Shown piece by piece: positions 30,304-40,025 of a stretch of DNA of 64,000 nt; the first letter of the stretch is position 1; every line of letters begins with the position of its first letter. The notes beneath the pieces are model-generated. The model was given only the letters and a program-made list of their open reading frames with translations. It had not been told where the DNA came from and ran no database searches. The position numbers and the translations under genes are program-made. The stretch is from Gracilimonas sp. (GTDB lineage Bacteria; Bacteroidota; Rhodothermia; Balneolales; Balneolaceae): assembly GCF_035704785.1 (NCBI RefSeq), contig NZ_DASSWP010000030.1, forward strand, positions 17,112 through 81,111. Direction: 5' to 3'.

Positions 30304-30957
30304 ATGCAAAATCCAAAGATTCCAGGTTTCGATATCCCGGTACATAATATTTATTGTATTGGTAGAAATTACGAACAGCATGTAAAAGAAATGGGAAGCC
30401 CCATTCCAAAGATGCCCTTGGTTTTTGTAAAACCTTTAGGCACTATTTGTTACAATGACACCACTATTTCTCTTCCCATACAAAGTAATGATGTTCATTT
30501 TGAAGCTGAGGTCGTAGTTGCGATCTCCAAATCCGGTAAAAATATATCCCATGGTTCAGCCATGGATCATATTGCGGGATACGGCGTTGGGATCGACTTA
30601 ACAGCTCGGGATATTCAGAAACTGGCCAAAAAACAGGGGCACCCATGGTCTATAGCAAAAGGATTTGATGACTTTGCACCTATAAGTGAATTTTCCCCTG
30701 TCTCTGAAATTGAAAATCCGGATAACATGGATATTAAACTTTTCCAGAATGGATTTGTTAAACAACATGGCAATACTTCGGAAATGATCTTCCCTATCCC
30801 GAATCTTATCACTTTCCTTTCTAAGATATATACGCTCCATCCCGGAGACCTTATTTTTACAGGTACACCTGAAGGAGTTGGCCCTGTCAGCTCAGGAGAT
30901 AAACTCGAAGTACTCCTGAATAATGGAGTGAAATCTTTAACTGTTAACATCGGGTGA
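30304..30957 (+). CDS. Fumarylacetoacetate hydrolase family protein
   Basis: IYCIGRNY, VHFEAEV, DLTARDIQ, AKGFD, GDLIFTGTPEGVG; the ORF-track start at 30289 lies in the terminator. Confidence 0.92.
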   Translation: MQNPKIPGFDIPVHNIYCIGRNYEQHVKEMGSPIPKMPLVFVKPLGTICYNDTTISLPIQSNDVHFEAEVVVAISKSGKNISHGSAMDHIAGYGVGIDLTARDIQKLAKKQGHPWSIAKGFDDFAPISEFSPVSEIENPDNMDIKLFQNGFVKQHGNTSEMIFPIPNLITFLSKIYTLHPGDLIFTGTPEGVGPVSSGDKLEVLLNNGVKSLTVNIG

Positions 30958-30960
30958 ATC

Positions 30961-32784
30961 TTGCGGCTGTTTCTGATCCTAATAATTTTTCTTTTTTCAT
31001 ATGTACCAAATGTCTGGTCACAAGAATATCTCTGGCCAACTGACTCCGGACAGTATCTTAGCTCCACCTTTGGAGAAACCCGGTCTGCCCATTTTCATGC
31101 AGGATTAGATATCAAAACATGGGGGCGTGAAGGTTACCGGGTTTTCGCCTCAAGAGACGGGATCTTATATCGGTTACTGGTAACCGAACGGGGTTACGGG
31201 AAAGCCATCTATTTAAAACATGCAGATAACACCTATACTGTATACGCACATCTTCAGCGATTCAATGATGAATTTCAGGAGATCGCAGATTCGATCCGCC
31301 TAAAAGATTTTTCTTTTGAGATGGACGCTCAACTGGATTCTCTTGGTATTTTTATAGAACAAGGAGATATTATTGGTTTCACGGGCTCCTCAGGAATTGG
31401 ACCACCACATTTGCATTTTGAAGTACGTGATTCTTTAGATAACCCAATTAATGCACTTACCACAAATTTGGCCGTGAAAGACGATCTGTCTCCCATCTTT
31501 TCATCTTTAATAGTTGAACCACTTACTGAAGATAGTCGGGTAAAAGGAAAACCTGTTTCACAATACATCCGCTCTCAAAATAATAATGGTGACTATGATT
31601 TCGGAGAAATTGATATTTCAGGAGAAGTTGGATTAGCCGTTAATGTATACGATAGAGCAAACGAAGTTCACAATGCTTACGCTGTACATTCACTCACCCT
31701 GTTGCATGATTCGGACACTCTTTTTTATCAAGAACTCAATTCGTTTAATTTTTCTGATGACCGTGAAATGTTCTTAGATCGTATTGCTCCATTTGGTTCT
31801 GACAGAAGAGGTCATCAGCGACTTTACGGAAAAGAGGGTCATAACAATCCCTTTTATTTGATCGACAAGCCACAAGCACAGATTCTGCCGGCTGATACAG
31901 CTAAAAACTACACTATTGTTGCTTCAGATTATTTTGGAAACAGATCAACAGCAACCTTAAGAATTTCACCTTCTACAAAGGAAAACACGGCTTCACCTGT
32001 CACCTATTTACCAATTGAAAATTGGTATTGGCATGAAGATTGGGCATCACCTGATCTGATCCATACCATTGACCTCAATGAAGATCTGAAAGGATTAAAA
32101 TGGACTGATTCCCAAATAATAGTACAAAAAGATGAGTCACCTGATATTCAGTTTTCCAGACTAAATCCTGAACAAGCTCAAAAGATATACACTCCAGGTC
32201 GGAAATTATCCCTTCGGTTTAGGAAAAATGCTTTTTTTGACACTCTCACAATTGCCACTTCTTACTCTTTGATGAACGAAGAAATACATATTTCAATACA
32301 ACCGGAAATGCTTGCTACAAAATCAGATTTTCACGTGGCCTTTTATTTGGGGGAAATGTTTCAAAAAGAAAATAAATATCGTTTATTCAGAAAAAAACGC
32401 TCAAATGGTGAGCTGTCGTATATAGAATCAGAGCTGCGTGGGAAAACAGTTCACGCCTATCCCTCTGAACTTGGAGAGTTTATAATAATTCCTGATAACG
32501 AGGCGCCAAGTATCTCAAACTTGAAGATTTATCAAACAGAATACGGTAAATGGCTCGCCACTGTTGATGTAAAGGATGAGCTTTCAGGTATAAATTCAGC
32601 TTCAGCCGTATTTACCATCAATGGCATGCGAGGAATTGCTGAATATGATTATGAGGAGGAACTACTTATTTATTACCATCCCGATTTTACACCTAATAGC
32701 ATAAATACGGTTCTCATAGATGTTGAAGATAAAGCCGGAAATAACGTTTCTTTTTCACAAGAGCAGACTATTACCGGCTTTTAG
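30961..32784 (+). CDS. M23 family peptidase, extended Bacteroidota-type form
   Basis: TTG start, signal peptide, FGETRSAHFHAGLDI, YAHL, PHLHFEVR. Confidence 0.88.
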   Translation: MRLFLILIIFLFSYVPNVWSQEYLWPTDSGQYLSSTFGETRSAHFHAGLDIKTWGREGYRVFASRDGILYRLLVTERGYGKAIYLKHADNTYTVYAHLQRFNDEFQEIADSIRLKDFSFEMDAQLDSLGIFIEQGDIIGFTGSSGIGPPHLHFEVRDSLDNPINALTTNLAVKDDLSPIFSSLIVEPLTEDSRVKGKPVSQYIRSQNNNGDYDFGEIDISGEVGLAVNVYDRANEVHNAYAVHSLTLLHDSDTLFYQELNSFNFSDDREMFLDRIAPFGSDRRGHQRLYGKEGHNNPFYLIDKPQAQILPADTAKNYTIVASDYFGNRSTATLRISPSTKENTASPVTYLPIENWYWHEDWASPDLIHTIDLNEDLKGLKWTDSQIIVQKDESPDIQFSRLNPEQAQKIYTPGRKLSLRFRKNAFFDTLTIATSYSLMNEEIHISIQPEMLATKSDFHVAFYLGEMFQKENKYRLFRKKRSNGELSYIESELRGKTVHAYPSELGEFIIIPDNEAPSISNLKIYQTEYGKWLATVDVKDELSGINSASAVFTINGMRGIAEYDYEEELLIYYHPDFTPNSINTVLIDVEDKAGNNVSFSQEQTITGF

Positions 32785-32789
32785 CATAC

Positions 32790-33167
32790 CTACAAATAAG
32801 CTATACAGCTGATCTCAACAAGCACATTTTTTGGTAAAGTTTTAACAGCTACTGTTTCTCTTGCCGGAGGATCTGTTTCAAATCGTGCACCATAGACTTC
32901 ATTAACTGCCGCAAAATCTCCCATATCTGCTAAAAATATGGTGCATTTTAAAACATTGGAAAAACCAATACCCGCTTCAAGCAATACAGCCTCAAGATTT
33001 TTCATTACTTGTTCTGCCTGTTCTGCAGCCGTATTACCCACCAATTCCATCGTTTTGGGGTTTAATGGGATTTGCCCTGAACAATAAAGTGTCCCATTAT
33101 AAGAGGTTGCTTGGCTGTAAGGGCCGATTGCTGCCGGAGCTTTGTCTGTTGAATGTATTTTTTTCAT
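32790..33167 (-). CDS. ridA: RidA family enamine/imine deaminase
   Basis: APAAIGPYSQA, SGQIP, PPARETVAV..LPK..LVEI. Confidence 0.92.
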   Translation of the reverse strand: MKKIHSTDKAPAAIGPYSQATSYNGTLYCSGQIPLNPKTMELVGNTAAEQAEQVMKNLEAVLLEAGIGFSNVLKCTIFLADMGDFAAVNEVYGARFETDPPARETVAVKTLPKNVLVEISCIAYL

Positions 33168-33305
33168 CGAAAAATTCTATAAGTTTAGTTCAAATTATTA
33201 ATCAAAAGCATGTTTGCTAATAAATTGCAGAAAGCAACACATATGATTATTTTCATCAACATATAAATTTGTTCTGATTACAACCAAATTCAATCTATAA
33301 ACAAA

Positions 33306-34622
33306 ATGAAAAAGCTACTTAGTAATTTAATTCCCGTAATCCTTTTCTTTGGGATACTTTCAGGTTGTGAAACTTCCAGCCCTGCTATTGACCAAGCCCA
33401 GGTAAATATTTATACCCAAAATTTTGACAGTGCCCATGCCGGACTCGATAGATTCATTGAGCAAAACCCCAATAGTGGTATTGGTTTTTACTACAAAGCC
33501 CTTGCTTATGCTCAGGAAGCTGTAACAGTAGAACCCCCAAGTGACAGAAAACCTTATTACAGAGACTTTAGAGAAAATATTGTTACTGCAAGAGAATTTT
33601 TTGATGCTGCTGAAGAAAAGCCCGAAGAAGCAGGTGATGTTAGCAACTTGATCCTCAATAATTGGGGTAGAGAGCATAACGCCTCACTTGATTATGCTAC
33701 TAACGACAGCGTAATGGCTTCGGTAGAAGAGCCCTTAAAAATTGCTGCTTCACACCTTGAGAATGCGATCATCATAAATCCTGACAGTACTCTTTCATAT
33801 GATGTTTTGTCTCAAATACATTTTATGGATAATAATTATGAAAGTGCTGCTGAGGTGTTATCACAATCTATGGAGTTAAAAGATCCACCACCTGCTGATG
33901 ATTATGACAGACTTGGAGCTTTTTACACTCAACTCGGTGAAACAGAAAAAGCTATCGATGTTTTAAAGGAAGGACTTGAGCTGTACCCCGACAGTGTAAG
34001 CCTTACACAGAAACTTGCTGATAACTATATGACCGCAGGTGAAAGAGAACTGGCAATAGAAGTGCTAGAGGACCTGATTGAAACCGAGCCTCAGAATCCA
34101 CAATACCATCTTGCACTGGGTACTATAGTATTGACTGAAACTGACAGTTTTACCGGTCAAATTTCAGATCTATATGATGAAATTTATGACTTAAAGAGTG
34201 AGTTAAGAAACGCATCCGGCAGTAAAGCAGAAGATCTCAGAAGCCAGATAGAATCTTTAGAGCAAGAGATAAATAAGAATATTGACCAAATTCAGAGGTT
34301 GAATGACATTGCTGAACAAGAGCTTCTTAGAACCATCGAGTTAAGAGCTGATGATGCAATTGCCTACAATGCATTAGGTGTATTATACAACAACAAAGCG
34401 GCCATACTCTTTGGACAAAGAAACTACTCTGACGATATGGATCTAGTGGATCAATATGACACACAAGCCAAAGAACAGCTTACAAAAGCTATGGAAAACT
34501 ACGAAAAAGCTGTTGAGCTGAATCCTGATAATACATCTGCCTGGCGTAGTCTCTCCAGCATTTATATTACATTAGACATGCAGGAAAAAGCAGAAGAAGC
34601 GCTTGATAAAGCAGGCATGTAA
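33306..34622 (+). CDS. Tetratricopeptide-repeat lipoprotein
   Basis: Lipobox LSGC; multiple TPR-like helix pairs. Confidence 0.8.
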   Translation: MKKLLSNLIPVILFFGILSGCETSSPAIDQAQVNIYTQNFDSAHAGLDRFIEQNPNSGIGFYYKALAYAQEAVTVEPPSDRKPYYRDFRENIVTAREFFDAAEEKPEEAGDVSNLILNNWGREHNASLDYATNDSVMASVEEPLKIAASHLENAIIINPDSTLSYDVLSQIHFMDNNYESAAEVLSQSMELKDPPPADDYDRLGAFYTQLGETEKAIDVLKEGLELYPDSVSLTQKLADNYMTAGERELAIEVLEDLIETEPQNPQYHLALGTIVLTETDSFTGQISDLYDEIYDLKSELRNASGSKAEDLRSQIESLEQEINKNIDQIQRLNDIAEQELLRTIELRADDAIAYNALGVLYNNKAAILFGQRNYSDDMDLVDQYDTQAKEQLTKAMENYEKAVELNPDNTSAWRSLSSIYITLDMQEKAEEALDKAGM

Positions 34623-34649
34623 TTGCAGTTATACTTAAAACAAAAAAAA

Positions 34650-35840
34650 ATGAATATATCATCCTTTACCCGGCTTACAGGCTTACTTCTTGTGGCCGGG
34701 TTTTTTTATTCTTGTAGCTCATCTCAAGCCAATATTGATGATCTGCTTGCTAACAATAATTACGAACAAGCAATTACAGAAATAGATGACCGGTTACAGG
34801 AAGACCCCTCTCAACCCGGCCTCTATATACAAAGAGCAAAGATAAGTGCAGAACTAGCCAGCGATACAGAACCAGAGTTAAGAGCAGAATTTTATTCAAA
34901 TATTGCTAACGATTTTGAATCAGCTATGGAATATGGAGCAAGCCCCGCCCAGCTTTCTACTATTGACAGTCTGCGTCAACAATACTGGAAAGAGGAACAT
35001 AATGCCGGATTGCGTATTTCAGAAAATGAAGCGCAATCTGAAAGATTTCAGCGAGCTCAAATTCATTTCCAAAATGCCCTAATTCTAAGACCCGATGCTA
35101 TAAGTTCATATCAAAACCTCTCGGTTGCTCAATTTAATCTTGGAAATTTAGATGAAGCTATCACAAGTTTAGAAACAGCTCTTAATTTTACTGATGAACC
35201 ATCAGCTAAAATCTATGAAAATCTTGGGTATCTGTACCTTGAGAAAGGGAACCCAACTCAAGCTGCTTACTATTATGAATTGGCTAATACCAATCTAACT
35301 AATGACCTTAATTTAGCTTTTGGATTGATCAATGCTTACATATCAAGTGGCAATAGTAAAGCAGCAGCAGGTATGCTGGAATCACTTGTTGATGAAAATC
35401 CACAAAATGCGAACCTGAGGAACGTATACGGTACTCAGCTTTATGAGCTAACATCAGACATTTTGGATGATCTTAAGACAGCTTATTCCAATGAAAACGC
35501 ATCTTTAGTAGAACGAAAAAGAGTGGAAGCTGAAAGAATGGGTGAAAATGCGGAAGAACAACTGGTGGAAGCTTTCAAAAGAGATACTTCTAATACCGAA
35601 TACCTGGAAAGTTTAGCTGTGTTTTATAATAATCTATCAGCTAAATATCTTGGATTGGCAAATGCTTCATTCGAAGACGACAAGAACTCTCTTCGCAATA
35701 AAGCTTATACACTTATTGACTTTGCTATCGAGTATTACGAAAAGTTGACTGATCTCGATCCAAATAACTCTGAGTATAATGATAAACTCGAAGTACTTCA
35801 GACATTAAAAGAACGCCATAATACTTCTGCAGCAAATTAA
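34650..35840 (+). CDS. Tetratricopeptide-repeat lipoprotein (second of a tandem pair)
   Basis: Own signal peptide ending FYSC; TPR repeats; ATG at 34650 after an A-rich tract. Confidence 0.8.
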   Translation: MNISSFTRLTGLLLVAGFFYSCSSSQANIDDLLANNNYEQAITEIDDRLQEDPSQPGLYIQRAKISAELASDTEPELRAEFYSNIANDFESAMEYGASPAQLSTIDSLRQQYWKEEHNAGLRISENEAQSERFQRAQIHFQNALILRPDAISSYQNLSVAQFNLGNLDEAITSLETALNFTDEPSAKIYENLGYLYLEKGNPTQAAYYYELANTNLTNDLNLAFGLINAYISSGNSKAAAGMLESLVDENPQNANLRNVYGTQLYELTSDILDDLKTAYSNENASLVERKRVEAERMGENAEEQLVEAFKRDTSNTEYLESLAVFYNNLSAKYLGLANASFEDDKNSLRNKAYTLIDFAIEYYEKLTDLDPNNSEYNDKLEVLQTLKERHNTSAAN

Positions 35841-35842
35841 TT

Positions 35843-36979
35843 ATGAAATTTAATACCAAGACTATTCATGCCGGTCAAAAGCCTGAAGAAACTTCAGGTG
35901 CGGTTATGCCCCCCATTTTTCAAACATCCACATACGCTCAGGAAGCTCCCAACAAACATAAAGGATATGACTATGCAAGGGTAGGAAATCCTACAAGAAC
36001 TGCTCTTGAAAAAATGATTGCAGGATTAGAAGGTGCTGATGAGGCAGCTTGTTTTTCAAGCGGTGTTGCAGCAATGGATGCACTAATGAAGATGCTCCGC
36101 CCGGGTGATCACGTTATAACAACTAACGATCTATATGGCGGTTCTTATCGCTTATTCACAAAAGTATTTGAGCCTTATGGTATCAATTTTACTTTTGTGG
36201 ATATGACGGATCTGGAAAATGTTAAATCATCCATTACAGAAAAAACAAAACTGATGTGGATCGAAACCCCAACTAATCCTTTACTCCGGGTTGTTGATAT
36301 AAAAGCATTGGTTGATCTGGCAAAACCAAATGGCATTCTAACGGTTGTTGATAATACTTTTGCCTCCCCATACCTTCAAAGGCCATTAGAACTTGGAGCC
36401 GATGCTGCCCTTCATTCAGCAACAAAATACCTGGCCGGCCACTCCGATGTCATTCACGGTGCTGTTGCCAGCTCCAATCAGGAGATCATGGAGAACCTTC
36501 GGTTTCAGACCAAAACATCCGGAGCTGTTCCAGGCCCTATGGACTGCTATCTAACCCTAAGGGGTATCAAAACCTTGAGTGTTCGGGTTCAGCGTTCAGT
36601 TGATAATGCTAAAAAGATCGCTCAATTCCTCGAAGATCATAATAAAGTTGCTTCCGTGTTGTATCCCGGACTTAAATCACACCCACAGCACGAACTCGCT
36701 AAAAAACAAATGGATGATTTTGGTGCTATGCTTTCATTCACCCTTAAGGATGACTCCATAGAAGCTGCCGTAAAATTCATGAGTAACACCAAGATCTTCA
36801 CCCTTGCAGAAAGCTTAGGTGGTGTGGAATCACTGATCAGTCACCCGGCATCAATGACTCACGGTTCAATCCCTAAAGACGTTCGGGAAAAAGCAGGATT
36901 AAAAGACTCTCTTATCAGAATATCCGTAGGAATTGAAGACTCTGAAGATCTGATAGAAGACTTAACTCAGGCATTTTAG
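35843..36979 (+). CDS. Cystathionine gamma-lyase/gamma-synthase (PLP-dependent trans-sulfuration enzyme)
   Basis: YARVGNPTR, ETPTNP, HSATKYLAGHSD, AESLGGVESL. Confidence 0.92.
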   Translation: MKFNTKTIHAGQKPEETSGAVMPPIFQTSTYAQEAPNKHKGYDYARVGNPTRTALEKMIAGLEGADEAACFSSGVAAMDALMKMLRPGDHVITTNDLYGGSYRLFTKVFEPYGINFTFVDMTDLENVKSSITEKTKLMWIETPTNPLLRVVDIKALVDLAKPNGILTVVDNTFASPYLQRPLELGADAALHSATKYLAGHSDVIHGAVASSNQEIMENLRFQTKTSGAVPGPMDCYLTLRGIKTLSVRVQRSVDNAKKIAQFLEDHNKVASVLYPGLKSHPQHELAKKQMDDFGAMLSFTLKDDSIEAAVKFMSNTKIFTLAESLGGVESLISHPASMTHGSIPKDVREKAGLKDSLIRISVGIEDSEDLIEDLTQAF

Positions 36980-37062
36980 GATCACATCATTCCCAACTCT
37001 TTAGTATTTTTTTGGTATAAGAAAAGCGCTTACAGAATTTCAAATTTCAAATATTTTTTATC

Positions 37063-38241
37063 ATGCGAGATGTAGTAATAGTATCAGCAAAACGAACTCC
37101 AATGGGCTCCTTTGGCGGAAGTCTTTCATCATTTTCAGCTCCGGAGTTAGGTGCTGCAGCCATCCTGGAAGCAGTTAAATCAGGAGGCATTAAGCCTGAT
37201 GATGTTCAAGAAGTATTAATGGGTAACGTGTTATCAGCAGGAGTAGGTCAGGCTCCCGCCCGGCAAGCTACTTTAAAAGCGGGATTAAGCCAGCGCACTC
37301 CTTCTACCACTGTAAACAAAGTGTGTGCATCCGGCATGAAATCTATAATGATAGCCGCAGACCAAATTCGTTTGGGCGACGCGGATATTATCATAGCCGG
37401 TGGAATGGAGAGCATGAGTAATGTACCCTATTATCTTCCCAAACAACGGTTTGGCGCAAAATACGGCCACACCCAAACAGAAGACGGAATTGTTAAAGAC
37501 GGACTTTGGGATGTTTATAACGATTACCTGATGGGTAACGCCGGCGACCTTTGCGCAAGAGAATGCAACATCAGCCGTGAAGAGCAGGATGAATATGCCA
37601 TCACTTCCTACAAGAGAGCCATTGAAGCTACCGAAAAAGGTTATTTCAAAAATGAAGTGATCAAAATGAAGGTCAAAGACCGAAAAGGAAATGTTACTGA
37701 AGTAGAAAAAGACGAAGAGCTTGATAAGGTTCGTTTTGAAAAAATCCCTCAGCTTCGCCCTGTTTTTGATAAGGAAGGCACAGTTACAGCTGCTAATGCA
37801 TCAAGCATTAATGATGGTGCTGCCGCTGTATTGGTTATGAGCGCCGACAAAGCAAAGGAACTCGGACTTAAGCCTCTGGCTAAAATACTTAGCCATGCAA
37901 GTGCTGCAAAAGCACCCGAATGGTTCACTACAGCTCCTGCCGATGCCATCCCTATCGCACTGAAAAAAGCCGGACTTTCAAAGAATGATATTGATCTGTT
38001 TGAGATCAATGAAGCCTTTTCAGTTGTTGCTCTCGCTAATAATCAGATATTGGAGTTGGATCCTGAGAAAGTAAATATTCATGGAGGAGCAGTAAGTATT
38101 GGTCACCCTTTGGGATGTTCTGGTGCACGAATTATTGTTACTCTGATCCATGCGCTTAAGAGAACAAAAGGCAAATACGGTTGTGCCGGCATTTGTAACG
38201 GTGGTGGCGGAGCCTCTTCCCTGGTTCTTGAAATGCTTTAA
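37063..38241 (+). CDS. Acetyl-CoA C-acyltransferase (thiolase)
   Basis: NKVCASGM, NEAF, GHPLGCSG, CNGGGGA. Confidence 0.95.
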   Translation: MRDVVIVSAKRTPMGSFGGSLSSFSAPELGAAAILEAVKSGGIKPDDVQEVLMGNVLSAGVGQAPARQATLKAGLSQRTPSTTVNKVCASGMKSIMIAADQIRLGDADIIIAGGMESMSNVPYYLPKQRFGAKYGHTQTEDGIVKDGLWDVYNDYLMGNAGDLCARECNISREEQDEYAITSYKRAIEATEKGYFKNEVIKMKVKDRKGNVTEVEKDEELDKVRFEKIPQLRPVFDKEGTVTAANASSINDGAAAVLVMSADKAKELGLKPLAKILSHASAAKAPEWFTTAPADAIPIALKKAGLSKNDIDLFEINEAFSVVALANNQILELDPEKVNIHGGAVSIGHPLGCSGARIIVTLIHALKRTKGKYGCAGICNGGGGASSLVLEML

Positions 38242-38248
38242 TAATATT

Positions 38249-38283
38249 TGAGCCTGCTTTTTTGAGCAGGCTCATTTTTTTTG
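38249..38283 (+). terminator. Intrinsic terminator after the thiolase gene
   Basis: TGAGCCTGCT...AGCAGGCTCA followed by a T run. Confidence 0.85.
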
Positions 38284-38558
38284 TTGACATTATTGGTTCT
38301 CCAACATATCATTACACCAAACAAAAAATCAGATCTGCTATTATATAGAAAACCGTTACTATTCATCTTTTTCACATTTAATAACAAAGGTTCTCTATAC
38401 CCATCTATACAGGTCAATTTCAACACTAAATACTATATCTTATATAGGAATACTGCTACAAAATTTTAAGCATCAACCATACGTAAACTGTAAATAACTC
38501 ACTCGTATATTTAACAAGCTGCTTTTTATCAGTAGTTTGCTTTGCTTATTAATAACCA

Positions 38559-38811
38559 ATGAGGCTCAGACCCGGCAACCCGTTAGATGTTTCTATCCGT
38601 ATATATACTCTCAGTGGAAAGCCGGTGCGACATTTTTGAAAATTAACTCATAGATACAAGTCCGTATGCCAGTATTTCATGGGATGGCCGTGACCGGGAT
38701 TATGATCGCCTGGGTAACAGTACCTATATTTATGTGCTTCAGGTTACAACAGATACCCCGAAAGGAAGACAAATAGCATAACAAATCGAAAAGCTCGTAA
38801 TTATACAATAA
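38559..38811 (+). pseudogene. porU: Degraded C-terminal remnant of the T9SS sortase gene porU
   Basis: Hand translation gives MRL-RPGNPLDVSIRIYTLSGKPVRHF*, then in another frame IDTSPYASISWDGRDRDYDRLGNSTYIYVLQVTTDTPKGRQIA*QIEKLVIIQ*. This resembles the PorU C-terminal domain and lies directly upstream of porV. Confidence 0.75.
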
Positions 38812-38861
38812 CATCGTAACTTAATATTGAATCACTTATATTTATATAAAATTTTAGTTTT

Positions 38862-40022
38862 ATGAAGAAAACAATAGGCTTAATTACAGCAGGATTATTA
38901 TTTCTATTACCTGCTATCACAAATGCACAGGTCGCCATTACGGCGGTACCCTTCCTGCAAATTGAACCGGATTCCCGTGGCGCAGGTATGGGTAATACCG
39001 GTGTAGCCATAGCTGATAACGCTTCAGCTTTATTCTGGAACCCGGCCGGTTTGGCTTTTCAGGATGAAACAAAGCAAGCCAGTATCACGCACTCTAATTG
39101 GCTGGCTAACTTTAACGTAAGTGATCTTTTTTATGATTACGTAGTAGGTAAGTATTATATAGAAGGCATTGGAACCATCGGTGCCCATCTAACCTATCTG
39201 AATTTGGGAGAGCAAGCTCAAACTGGGGAAACTAGTCCTGATGTTATTTCCAGATTTAACAGTTATGAAGTTGCATTAGGAGGCTCATATGGTTACCAGG
39301 TAAATGACAACTTCGCCTTGGGAACCAGTTTACGGCTTATATACTCAAGCCTTGCAAGTGGAGTTCAAACGTCTACTACTATTAGTGCTCAAAAAGTAAA
39401 TCCAGGCAGCAGTGTTGCTTTAGATCTTGCATTCTTATACAGAACAGATCCATTTGATGTAGGAGGACGCAATGCCCGATTTAGCGTGGGGAGCAATCTT
39501 TCTAATCTTGGTCCCGGTATTCAGTACACTGATAATGCACAAAAAGATCCTCTACCTACTGTCCTTCGATTTGGCTGGGCGTTTGACCTCGACCTAGATG
39601 ATGCGGGTATTAACCGAATTACTATTGCCAACGATATCTCCAAAATAATGGCCAGGACCGATCAGTTTGAAGTTCAAGTCGGAGATTCAACTATCACTAA
39701 AACTAAAGCGGTTGGGCCTCTCGAAGCATTATTCACTTCCTGGGGAAGCTTTGAACGTTTTGACGGGCAAAGAAATATCGATGTTGGCCTGATGCAACAG
39801 TTTATGATCGGCGCCGGAATTGAATATTGGTATGCTGATCAATTTGCACTCAGAGGCGGTTACTATTTTGAAGATCCTCAAAACGGCGATCGTGAATATA
39901 TCACCTTTGGTGCCGGCATCCGGTACAATCTGTTAGGTGTGGACTTTAGTTATATAAAAACGCTTGAAACTGATCACCCACTTGCCAATACCTTGAGGTT
40001 CAGTTTGCTCATCGACTTTTAA
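38862..40022 (+). CDS. porV: Type IX secretion system outer-membrane protein PorV
   Basis: ITAVPFLQIEPDSRGAGMG, ALFWNPAGLAF, GIEYWYADQFALRGGYYFE, HPLANTLRFSL. Confidence 0.9.
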   Translation: MKKTIGLITAGLLFLLPAITNAQVAITAVPFLQIEPDSRGAGMGNTGVAIADNASALFWNPAGLAFQDETKQASITHSNWLANFNVSDLFYDYVVGKYYIEGIGTIGAHLTYLNLGEQAQTGETSPDVISRFNSYEVALGGSYGYQVNDNFALGTSLRLIYSSLASGVQTSTTISAQKVNPGSSVALDLAFLYRTDPFDVGGRNARFSVGSNLSNLGPGIQYTDNAQKDPLPTVLRFGWAFDLDLDDAGINRITIANDISKIMARTDQFEVQVGDSTITKTKAVGPLEALFTSWGSFERFDGQRNIDVGLMQQFMIGAGIEYWYADQFALRGGYYFEDPQNGDREYITFGAGIRYNLLGVDFSYIKTLETDHPLANTLRFSLLIDF

Positions 40023-40025
40023 TGC

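Noticed and set aside
34620-34625. Stop-codon readthrough fusing the two TPR genes (TAA directly followed by in-frame TTG)
   Set aside because: The second gene has its own ATG at 34650 and its own lipoprotein signal peptide, so fusion is unnecessary
38238-38469. Two 62-aa ORFs in the thiolase-porV spacer
   Set aside because: AT-rich, overlap the terminator and each other, and show no recognisable motifs
38801-39010. 69-aa antisense ORF over the porV 5' end
   Set aside because: Shadow ORF on the opposite strand of a conserved gene
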